Below, piece by piece: positions 1 through 8,255 of a stretch of 9,883 nucleotides of DNA. The notes below the pieces were generated by a model. That model was not told where the DNA came from and did no database searches. It saw only the letters and a program-made list of their open reading frames with translations. The DNA comes from Octopus sinensis (lineage: Eukaryota), in contig NW_021827821.1 of the NCBI RefSeq assembly GCF_006345805.1, positions 1 to 9,883 of the forward strand, read 5' to 3'. The position numbers were made by a program, and so were the translations under genes. Each line of letters begins with the position of its first letter. The stretch's first letter is position 1.

Positions 1-52
1 AAGGAAGCAGCACCTGGTGTGGGGCGACAAAGCTCGAAGACACGTACTCGCG

Positions 53-320
53 CGCGCACACACGCACAGACACACGTACACGCTCACACACACGCGCACA
101 CACACGCACACGCACACACACACGCACACACGCACACACACACGCACACACACTCACGCACACACACAAGCACACACACGTACGCACGTACGCACACACA
201 AGCACGCACATACACAAACACACACATACACAAGCACACACATACACACATACACACATACACACACACGCACAAACACATGCACACAGTCACACACACA
301 GAAACACACACACGCACAGA
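53..320. repeat. Degenerate (CA)n/(CACG) microsatellite
   Basis: Continuous CA-dominated tract with CG/TA interruptions; it explains the His/Thr and Val/Cys ORFs at 17-376. Confidence 0.95.
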
Positions 321-341
321 TAGGCACACGTTATTTTAAAA

Positions 342-431
342 AGTCTATCGGTGTCTTCTGTCGATCTGCTCTGTAGTGATGAGGTAAGCAAATAAACAAC
401 TGGTTTTCAAGCGATGATAGCAGAAAAAACA

Positions 432-469
<38 letters not shown>

Positions 470-643
470 CGCACACACACGCGCCCGCGCTCAAAATGCC
501 GCCATACAGTTTCTCCTCAACCAAATTCATTCAGAGTTCATTAGACGGCCGGTGACTATAGTAGAAGACACTTGCGCGAAGTGAGGCCAAGATCAGATGA
601 TTGCAAGGCGAGTTTCGTAACCATACAACCTTGCCTGCACCTA
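342..643 (-). mobile_element. Old, degraded copy of SINE family A (tRNA-derived, octopus-type)
   Basis: Aligns by eye with 5545-5840: tctatcggtgtcttctgtcga ~ tctatcggtctcttttgccga; ttcaagcgatg ~ gtcaagcaatg; internal (CA)n at 435-479; cagtttc..ccaaattcattca ~ cagtttcc..ccaaatccactca; ctatagtagaagacacttgc. The B-box region is eroded. Confidence 0.8.
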
Positions 644-660
644 AATCCATGCCTGTGGCT

Positions 661-835
661 ATATACAAGGTCTCCCACACAGTTTCTGCTTTCCAAATTC
701 ATTCACAGGGCATTGGTCGACGCGCGCGGTTATAGCAGAAAACATTTGCCCCAAGATACCGCGCGGTGGGGGTGAACCCGAAATCACGTTATTTCGAAGC
801 GAGTTTCTTAACAACACAACCATACTTTAGCCTAT
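661..835 (-). mobile_element. 5' part (head) of a second degraded SINE family A copy
   Basis: cagtttctgc-ttccaaattcattcacagggcattggtcga..tatagcagaaaacatttgccccaagataccgcgcggtgggggtgaacccg..gcctat matches 5690-5840. Confidence 0.85.
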
Positions 836-854
836 TGTTAACATTTTTTGGTTA

Positions 855-1036
855 CACGAGGCTCCGGCAAGGGGTGGTGGCGATCCCGGCTGTACTATTT
901 CGCCACAATTTTCTCTCACTCTTTCTTCTGTTGGCCTGCTCGCTCAGCCAGCAGGGTGGCGTCATTTGAAGGCTAAAACAATGCCAAGCGCATTGCGGAG
1001 CAACGTCTGATAGCCTGGTCAGTCACGGTCACGGTC
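855..1036 (+). mobile_element. 5'-truncated interspersed repeat (SINE family B) ending in a (GTCACG)n-like tail and (TA)n
   Basis: GC-rich island (cacgaggctccggcaaggggtggtggcgatccc...ggcgtcatttgaaggctaaaacaatg...gatagcctggtcagtcacggtcacggtca) followed directly by (TA)n. It resembles, from memory, the body of an abundant Octopus SINE; no tRNA head is present here. Confidence 0.6.
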
Positions 1037-1068
1037 ATATATATATATATATATATATAAATATATAA
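1037..1068. repeat. (TA)n microsatellite
   Basis: Direct reading. Confidence 0.95.
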
Positions 1069-1219
1069 GTGAGAAAGTTGGTGTGTGAAATGAAACTCAC
1101 TCCCCAAAAAGGCAAGAAATATTAAGCGATTATCTCCCTTACACCGGAAGAAATCACTTATTACCTCCCCTTACCTGGAACTCTCTCCTTCACACTTCTC
1201 AACGTAAACATAACGATGT

Positions 1220-1259
1220 AAGAAATTTGAAAAGCTGAACGCGAAACCGGTCATTTCTT
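1220..1259 (+). ncRNA. Minimal type I hammerhead ribozyme motif, U3-A8 core variant
   Basis: AAGAAAU (1220-26) UUGAAAA (1227-33) GC-UGAAC-GC (1234-42) GAAA (1243-46) CCGG-U-C (1247-52) AUUUCUU (1253-59). Perfect 7-bp helix I, GUC triplet, self-complementary ACCGGU helix III. Helix II is only 2 bp. Confidence 0.75.
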
Positions 1260-1346
1260 CAAAAACTATGTCATTGTATGAAAAAAATTTATTTTTTAAC
1301 CTTTTAAAACAAGCCTTCTGTAGTTTTTTCACTTTTTACTATTTTC

Positions 1347-1377
1347 TATATAAATATATATATATATACATATACAT
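1347..1377. repeat. (TA)n/(TACA) microsatellite
   Basis: Direct reading. Confidence 0.9.
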
Positions 1378-1953
1378 AGTGAAGAGTTTCGTTGAACAGA
1401 TTTTCTCCCCACAAGGTGAATCGTAGTAAAAATGCATGTATGTATGTATTTATGTATGCGCGGTTGGAGGGGTATGTTTTAATTTTGCCAGCCGGCTCTT
1501 CCGTTCATTGGATTAATCGGAACCCCCAAAGTCGTAACTGACGGAATGCCAAAGTACCCTGTAGTTTTATTGATTAAAAAAATGTAAAAAAAAAAATAAT
1601 AACTCATGTACAAAATACAAAGATACCCGCAGTTGGATTTGAACTTGTAACATAAAGATACTGGCATTATATAATTAAAATCCATTAGAACTGGAAATAT
1701 TACTGCTTTTGTATATTTATGTGGTTTCTTTCGAAGAAATCGAAAATTAAAATGAATGATTATTGAAAGCTCGTCGTTGTCCCGAGATTGCATTCTGAGA
1801 TTGCTGGGAATTATGTTCCAGTTGTGTGGTCTGTGAGTCCCATTGATAAACAGCTAATAACAATAGGAATAATTGAAATTAGAATGAAAGCAAAACAGAG
1901 GTAAAAATAAATACGCACAGAAATCTATGAGCAAGGAGAAAACAGAACATTTC

Positions 1954-1985
<32 letters not shown>

Positions 1986-2004
1986 TATATATATATAATA
2001 TATA

Positions 2005-2046
<42 letters not shown>

Positions 2047-2213
2047 ATATATATTATATAAATAATATATATATATATATATATGTGTATATTTATATAT
2101 ATAAATAAATATATGTATATATATATTTATATTATATGCATGTATATGCATGCATATGTACATATATACACACACATATATATGTGTGTGTGTGTGTATG
2201 TACATGTAGCTAT

Positions 2214-2258
<45 letters not shown>
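1954..2258. repeat. Long interrupted (TA)n tract with TG/CA/ATGC variants
   Basis: Direct reading. Confidence 0.95.
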
Positions 2259-2259
<1 letters not shown>

Positions 2260-2432
2260 ATTCGTTCGTTAAAAGGGATTGATATTATTAACTTGACAGT
2301 ACAATAAATCGAAAATTCCATCTAACTATTTTTACGATTCTTTCTCGTTGCTTTATTCGGTAATTTTCTTAAAATTCATGTCATTTTAAAGAATAGTTTA
2401 ATTATCTAAATTGATGACACACAACACAACAA

Positions 2433-2590
2433 GAAAGAGAATAATGAGAGAGAAAGAGAGAGAGAGGGGGAAAGAGAGAAGAGTGATAGAGTAGAAGTAG
2501 AGGCTGCAAAACAGAGAGAAAGAGGAAAAAGCAAGAATAGGGGAAAAGATAACGAGAGAAAATAATGGAGAAAGAAATGGGAGAATTGGA
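2433..2590. repeat. GA-rich polypurine low-complexity tract
   Basis: About 150 nt almost entirely A/G on the + strand; source of the Leu/Ser/Phe ORF 2402-2776 (-). Confidence 0.85.
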
Positions 2591-3261
2591 AAGATTTCTT
2601 GGCAGAATTCTTCTGAAATATATCTTTCTGGAAGTCAGTTGGAAAAAAAAAATGTCCAATGCATTAATTTCAAGAATGGCCTGCTGTGATGTAGCTTCTG
2701 AAACAAAATGAATGATTTGTGGTAAAAGAAGAATGCGGTAAATAAAAATTGTCCTTACTGATATCAATTGTAGCATATCTTTTTCGTAATGAAAATATAT
2801 GTATAGAGAGATACATATATGTATGTATGTATGTATGTGTAAATTCGTTTGCGTTCGGGAAAATTAATATCACTTGAAATTAAAATGGGATGTAATCATG
2901 ATGACAGTGGCTTCTTTTAGCGGCTGCAACAAGAACATATCGCGTTGATTAGAGAAAATAAATATTAAATTTGCTGCTGCTGAAAAGATCGTGATTTAAG
3001 CCAAATAAAAAAAAAAACTATACATACGAACAACAAAAAATAATATTATGAATAGTTAGAAGCGAGAATAGAACTGAAATAACATATCTATAATTTTTAG
3101 AGAGAATGTATGAAATCCGGATTGTAATATATAAAAATTGCATGATGTATGTATATGTGTGTATCTGTGTATCTTTATAATATAATTATATATGCATACG
3201 TACATACATGATTTTGTGCATGCAATCACATATGCATGCATATTATACTTGCTGCTCATTG

Positions 3262-3311
3262 CCTTCTTACAACATGGTCAGATGTTTCGACTCCCGTATC
3301 CACAGAGAAGA
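3262..3311 (-). ncRNA. Degenerate type I hammerhead relic
   Basis: Minus strand reads UCUUCU CUGUGGA UAC-GGGA-GUC GAAA CA..UG UA AGAAGG: 6-bp helix I, GUA triplet, A6->U in the core and U in place of G10.1. Confidence 0.45.
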
Positions 3312-3402
3312 AATGTAAGAAGACAACAACAATATCTGTCTTTTGTTTGCAACATTGATTTCTTTCTTATTGTGGATTACAAAAAACGCTTAACTATGGT
3401 GT

Positions 3403-3403
<1 letters not shown>

Positions 3404-3493
<90 letters not shown>

Positions 3494-3530
3494 ACTAACT
3501 CTCTCTCTCTCTATCTACCTATCTATCTAC

Positions 3531-3592
<62 letters not shown>

Positions 3593-3606
3593 CTATATAT
3601 ATCTAT

Positions 3607-3677
<71 letters not shown>

Positions 3678-3830
3678 GCTCTCTATCTCTCTCTATCTAT
3701 CTATCTATCTATCTAACTCTCTCTCTATCTGTCTGTCAGTCTGTCTGCGTATCTATCTGTTTGTTTGTATATCTATCTATCTATCTGTCTATCTGTCTGT
3801 CTCTCTGTCTGTCTGTCTGTCTGTCTATCT
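3404..3830. repeat. (TATC)n = (GATA)n array grading into (TCTG)n and (TC)n
   Basis: About 22 pure TATC units at 3404-3491, then interrupted blocks, with GTCT units after ~3730. Confidence 0.97.
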
Positions 3831-4115
3831 ACATGTATATGTGTATGTATGTATATATGTATGTATGAATATCTCATGCCCATACCTATATTTCTCCAAT
3901 GCCTCGTTCTTTTAACAGCTCAAAATTTCCATATCTCCTAAATAATCTTTGTCCTTCACTATGCCATACCCATATTTACATATCTACTGATTTTAATACC
4001 TTTCTATCTAATAACCAATCCGTTTTAGTAATGAGTTATTTTGCGGGTAACGTTATTTTTTGCTTCTCGTTTCTTTGACTTTCCTATCGGCAAAATCATA
4101 CAAATGTGCTTCTAA

Positions 4116-4225
4116 GTGTGTGTGTGTGTGTGGGTGCGTGTGAGTGGGTGCGCGCGCCTGTTTGTGTGTGCTTGTGTATGTGTTGGTGTGAGTGTTTCTA
4201 TATACATACATGCATACGTACATAT
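4116..4225. repeat. Degenerate (GT)n/(TACA)n microsatellite
   Basis: Direct reading. Confidence 0.85.
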
Positions 4226-4315
4226 ACTCACGCGTATGGACGTTGTATTTTAAAGATAGTAGATACTCGAGTGTAAACACTTCGTTGAAGGATTTTGTAT
4301 CTTATATCTTCTATG

Positions 4316-4690
4316 TTTTACTTGTTTCAGTCATTTGACTGCGTCCATGCTGGGGTTTTAATCGAACAAATTGGCCCCATTACTTATTTATCTGAAGCCT
4401 AGTACTCATACTATTTAATTCTATTTGCCGAACCGCTAAGTTACGCAGACGTAAACGCACCAACATCGTTTGTCAAGCAGTGGGGAGCCACAAACACAGA
4501 CTCAAAGACACTCACACACACATATGAGGGGATTCTTTCAGTTTCTGTCTACAAGATCCATTCACAAGTCTTTGGTCAACCCGAAGCTATAGTAGAAGAT
4601 ACTTGCCCATAATACCACGCAGTGGGAATGAACCCGGAATTACTTGGCTGGGAAGCAAGCGTCTCATTACAGAATCACGCATGCGCCTAT
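4316..4690 (-). mobile_element. Full-length, moderately diverged SINE family A copy
   Basis: Colinear with 5456-5840 from the tail (ttttacttgtttcagtcatttgactg) to the head (gggaatgaacccgg..gcgcctat); the variant central segment suggests a different subfamily. Confidence 0.92.
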
Positions 4691-4853
4691 GTATATCTCT
4701 TGCTCAGATATACATTTCTCTGGCATCTAGTTATATTTTCAGCTCAAAAATGTCCATACGTTCTAAGAAATCTTTTCCTTTACTGATTTTTCGACATATC
4801 TGTATTAATCGTTTAATGTGATTTAGAAATATTAGCCTGTCTAAACCCATTAG

Positions 4854-4899
4854 TCCGTCAACGTTTCGAAGCCATTTCAGGCCTCATCCTCAGAGTGAA
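4854..4899 (-). ncRNA. Minimal type I hammerhead motif (Penelope-like), helix I partly decayed
   Basis: Minus strand reads UUCACU CUGAGGA U GAGGCC-UGAAAU-GGCUUC GAAA CG UU GACGGA: exact core, 6-bp helix II, palindromic ACGU helix III, GUU triplet. Helix I has 4 of 6 pairs (two of them G.U). Confidence 0.65.
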
Positions 4900-5431
4900 A
4901 GAATGATAACAAAACACACTTTGTTAACGTGTTTTGCATTGTGTCACGACGAATCATAGAACTGTTGGTGATGTTTTCATAACAGCCTTCCAGCATAAAC
5001 CCATGGGAAGAATTCCAAGGAATTCTAGGAGAAACTGATAAACTCTTTGAAATTAACACCCCTCCCTACACTCCTATTTCTCACTTTCTCACTTTTCCTT
5101 TCTCTTTGTCTCTCTTCTCTTTCTTTCTCTCATTTGAAGCAATCTCAAAGCTTCATTTTAATAATGAAACGATTGTAATATGGCGTGCTACCGTGCACTT
5201 TGCGTTCGGCCGTAAACGATCACGAGAATGGTGGTGATGCGCTTTTTATTTTTACTTCAACAGAAAAATCCTCTCAAGAATTAAAAAAATTTCTATGACA
5301 CATTGATAAATTCTTTGAAACTGGCATATTTAACCACTCTTTTATTTCGCTCTCGCTCGTAATCTCTCTTATTCTCATTGATCCTATAATTTAAAAGAAA
5401 GAACACACATTTTTTTTATTTTTTTAAAGAG

Positions 5432-5455
5432 TATATATATATATATATATATATA
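5432..5455. repeat. (TA)12 microsatellite at the SINE tail
   Basis: Direct reading. Confidence 0.95.
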
Positions 5456-5840
5456 CTCTTTTACTTGTTTCGGTCATTTGACTGCGACCATGCTGGAGCA
5501 TCGCCTTTAGTCGAGCAAATCGACTCCGGGACTTATTCTTTGTAAGCCCAGTACTTATTCTATCGGTCTCTTTTGCCGAACCGCCAAGTTACGGGGACGT
5601 AAACACACCAGCATCGGTTGTCAAGCAATGCTAGGGGACAAACACAGACTCGCAAACACACATATACATATATACGACAGGCTTCTTTCAGTTTCCGTCT
5701 ACCAAATCCACTCACAAGGCATTGGTCGGCCCGGGGCTATAGCAGAAGACACTTGCCCAAGATGCCACGCAGTGGGACTGAACCCGGAACCATGTGGCTG
5801 GTTAGCAAGCTACTTACCACACAGCCACTCCTGCGCCTAT
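5456..5840 (-). mobile_element. Full-length young tRNA-derived SINE family A
   Basis: Pol III A box TGGCTGTGTGG (5827-5817) and B box GGTTCAGTCCC (5784-5774); CORE-like cttgggcaagtgtctt after the head; internal (TA/CA) tract; 3' hairpin and AAAAGAG tail. It is the reverse complement of 9200-9618. Octopus tRNA-SINEs (OK/OR1/OR2) are known, but I cannot assign a family name. Confidence 0.95.
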
Positions 5841-6225
5841 ATAACTTTAAAATCACTGGGTAGAATAACAACTTACACTTAAATTTCACTTGAAATGAAG
5901 AAAGATGTGCGCGTTTTGACAAGACAGAAAATGTCTACATTTTGGAAAGCGAACGTATTTTGGCATCCACGTCTAATGAAAAAATTTACTATCTTATATA
6001 AGTATCTATTGTTTTAACTAAGGATCCAAACCACCTGGCAGCCATCAATTTGCTCGGGGCTTATTTTTATTCGATAACATATGAGTAAATACAAAAGCGA
6101 AATATAAGAATGCTTTCTGGCAAATTCCGCAACAAGGAAATACCATTCTAAGTAGACAAAAATCGTGATTTTCTCTTAGACTAATGTTAGTTACTGCTTT
6201 TTGTCTTCAATGCACGGAGCAAAGC

Positions 6226-6460
6226 AAGAGTCTCTACGTGGTCATTCGGCAATCTTGAAATAGCAGTCAAATCTCCTTCGAGTGAAATTCCGCGATTTTA
6301 GAATAAGGACACATTGGACAGCGTGGCTTTGGTTTTCATGCAGATGGCGCGGGGCGACTACGGTTGGAGAAGGTCTGTGGTCGTTGGTCTGCTTGGTCAA
6401 AACTAGCACAGGGAGTTACACAAGAACAACCAGAAATTACAGCAACTACAACTACGACAA
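6226..6460 (+). mobile_element. Degraded retroposon 3' end with a (CAA)n-like tail (LINE 3'UTR or SINE family D)
   Basis: ctctacgtggtcattcggc..gaaatagcagtcaaatctcc..aaggacacattgga..ggtctgcttggtcaaaactagcacagggagtta followed by caagaacaac..caactacaactacgacaa. Resembles a common Octopus repeat from memory only. Confidence 0.4.
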
Positions 6461-6480
6461 TAGTAAAGAACAATATGAAT

Positions 6481-6552
6481 ACCACCACCACCACCACTAC
6501 TACCACCACCACCACCACCACCACCACTACCACCGCCACCACCACCACCACC
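6481..6552. repeat. (ACC)24 trinucleotide repeat with ACT/GCC interruptions
   Basis: Direct reading; source of the poly-His, poly-Thr and poly-Val ORFs. Confidence 0.97.
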
Positions 6553-6622
6553 GCAGTGGATTTGAAAAAATTAAAATGTAGAAGCAATGAGTTTACCTGC
6601 TGGATTGACTTCGTTGAGTGAA

Positions 6623-6721
6623 TATTTAATTTAAGGCTTACCCGCTGATGAAGACTTTGCCTTAGTAAATAATAATTTTTATTTACTGAAATAAGTCATG
6701 GTCCGGGAATTAAATTAGATG
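6623..6721 (+). ncRNA. Extended type I hammerhead ribozyme motif with an enlarged domain II
   Basis: Helix I: UAAUUUAA (6627-34)/UUAAAUUA (6710-17), UU/AA and CCCG (6641-44)/CGGG (6704-07). Exact CUGAUGA (6645-51); AGUAAAUAA/UUAUUUACU hairpin (6664-87); GAAA (6688-91); GUC triplet (6701-03). Helix III is imperfect (A-U, U.G, AxG, A-U). Confidence 0.7.
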
Positions 6722-6886
6722 CTAAATGTTTTTACTTTTCCTTCCCTTCGAGAATTTATCCCTAATTAGTGTTTTGGACTTTAACTGTTCTTTCTAGAGT
6801 AATGGATTCCTATGTTTTAATGTACACTATATTTTATATGAATAATATATAGTCTATTGACTAATGTTTTTGAACGCTAGGCCACT

Positions 6887-6926
6887 GGTAGTAAAAATTT
6901 CTATAATTTTTATTACCCTTATATTA
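6887..6926 (+). mobile_element. Isolated right end of the same MITE-like family as 6962-7140
   Basis: GGTAGTAAAAATT/AATTTTTATTACC hairpin followed by ACCCTTATATTA and a TA tract, mirroring 7094-7140. Confidence 0.5.
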
Positions 6927-6961
6927 TTTATTATATATATATAAATATATATTACTTTATA

Positions 6962-7140
6962 TAATTAGGGTTCAGCAAAAAAAATTGCTTTACCACACAC
7001 TGAACTTTTAGAAATAGCAGCCAAAGAGTTTAGCTATTTCTTCTACTATAAGAATTTATCGTAAATGGTCCTTTTACATACTGAACACTGCTTGGTAAAA
7101 TTATCAATTACTAATTAATTAATTAATTTTACCCTTATTA
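6962..7140. mobile_element. MITE-like element (~179 bp) in a TA-rich site
   Basis: Terminal inverted repeats TAATTAGGGT (6962-71)/ACCCTTATTA (7131-40), one mismatch; subterminal hairpin GGTAAAATT (7094-7102)/AATTTTACC (7125-33); internal AGAAATAGC/GCTATTTCT (7010-18/7033-41); TA runs on both sides. Confidence 0.55.
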
Positions 7141-8076
7141 TTATTGACAATATATATATAATCCTTAGAAATGATTTTTGCTTTCCTGCAATTTTAACAT
7201 TTCAGAAGCGAGTATCGGCAAAGACGGTTATACTTCTGAAGTCCACGAGAGAGAAAGGAGCGAAATACCGTATACTGTACCCTAGCCTCACCACCACATG
7301 CCAGCACCGAAAAATAAATTAACTGTTTTTGGTAGCCAACAGGAAAAACAACAACAACAACGACAACAAAACGATAGCATTAATATTTATGCTATTTCTG
7401 GCTATGAAAATCTCAAACTAAATATGATTTCCAATAAATTCTTCCCTGTCAACCAATGTCTTTATTAACTTGCTAACATGACAGAGCAATTTCCTTCTAC
7501 GAGTATCGCCATCTTTATCAAACCAGAATCCTTGATGCAAACGAAACTACACGCTCATAAACACACCGGATATCGGTGTTAGCGTAGAGATGTCTTTCAG
7601 ACCGGTCTTTTTTGTTTGTTTATTAATTTCTTTTTTATTGAATATCAAAGACAATCATTGACAATCAAGAAGGGTTTGTTCTAGAAAAAGAAAAAAAAGG
7701 GGGTAAAAGAGAAAAGAAAGAAAAGATCAACGTTTTAATAGCAATGGAACTTGTAAAATTAATTTGCCTGAATAGCGGAGCAAAAGTGTCAAGAGTTTCA
7801 AAGAAATCAAGCGTTGGAAAGACGAAACGAAAAACGAAATCTTTTTTTTTTCTAATTTTGTTTTTTGATGAACGTCGAAAGCAATCAATAGTTGATTGTT
7901 TAGCTAGTCTTTTGAAATTGAATTACTAATTGTTTGAGAATTAAAGGTTGAGAATTATTGGATTGCAAGTTGTGACGAGAACGTACTAAATTAGGTTTAA
8001 CTAGAAACACTTTCAAAAAGATTTAAAAACAACAACGAGAAAACGAAACAAGGGAACTAATATATATCACAAATAT

Positions 8077-8255
8077 AATTCCTTTTAATTCTTGACACAA
8101 GGCCAGCAAACTTAAGAAAATTTAAGAAGTAGTTGATTAAATCGACCCCAGTCCTTAACTGGTACGTATTTTATGAACCTAGAAAGGATGAAAGTCGATC
8201 TCAGCGGTAATTCAACTCAGAGCGGGAAATAAATGGGCGGAAGAAATGTCACCAA
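8077..8255 (-). mobile_element. Degraded tRNA-derived SINE family C
   Basis: B-box-like GAGTTGAATTACC (8218-8206), then gactttcatcctttctaggttcataaaatacgtaccagttaaggactggggtcgattt on the minus strand; shares the ctggggtcgattt module with family A. Family recognition is from memory. Confidence 0.7.

Noticed and set aside
17-530. His/Thr- and Val/Cys-rich ORFs
   Set aside because: Translations of the (CA)n tracts.
2402-2873. 124-aa and 67-aa minus-strand ORFs
   Set aside because: Low-complexity products of GA-rich and ATGT repeats.
2848-5209. TTTGCGTTCGG repeated at 2848 and 5199
   Set aside because: Several 11-mer matches are expected by chance in 10 kb, and there is no flanking similarity.
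5244-5300. Polypyrimidine-CAG splice acceptor-like site (similar signals at 1830 and 2915)
   Set aside because: Stops occur soon after in all frames, with no paired donor or recognisable peptide; chance in T-rich DNA.
5774-5838. tRNA-like A/B boxes (also 9203-9270)
   Set aside because: These are SINE heads continuing into SINE bodies, not tRNA genes.
5618-5922. Three overlapping ORFs (also 572-969 and 4603-4821)
   Set aside because: They lie within SINE copies and show no domain signature.
6282-6621. Poly-His/Thr/Val ORFs and the LDLa-like peptide CRSNEFTC
   Set aside because: Derived from (ACC)n; the CxxxEFxC is followed by a stop with none of the remaining LDLa cysteines or acidic motif.
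7201-7280. TTCAGAAG/CTTCTGAA inverted repeat and CUGAAGU..GAAAUACCGUAUA hammerhead-like string
   Set aside because: It needs several indels to restore the core and helix II, and no helix I is adjacent.
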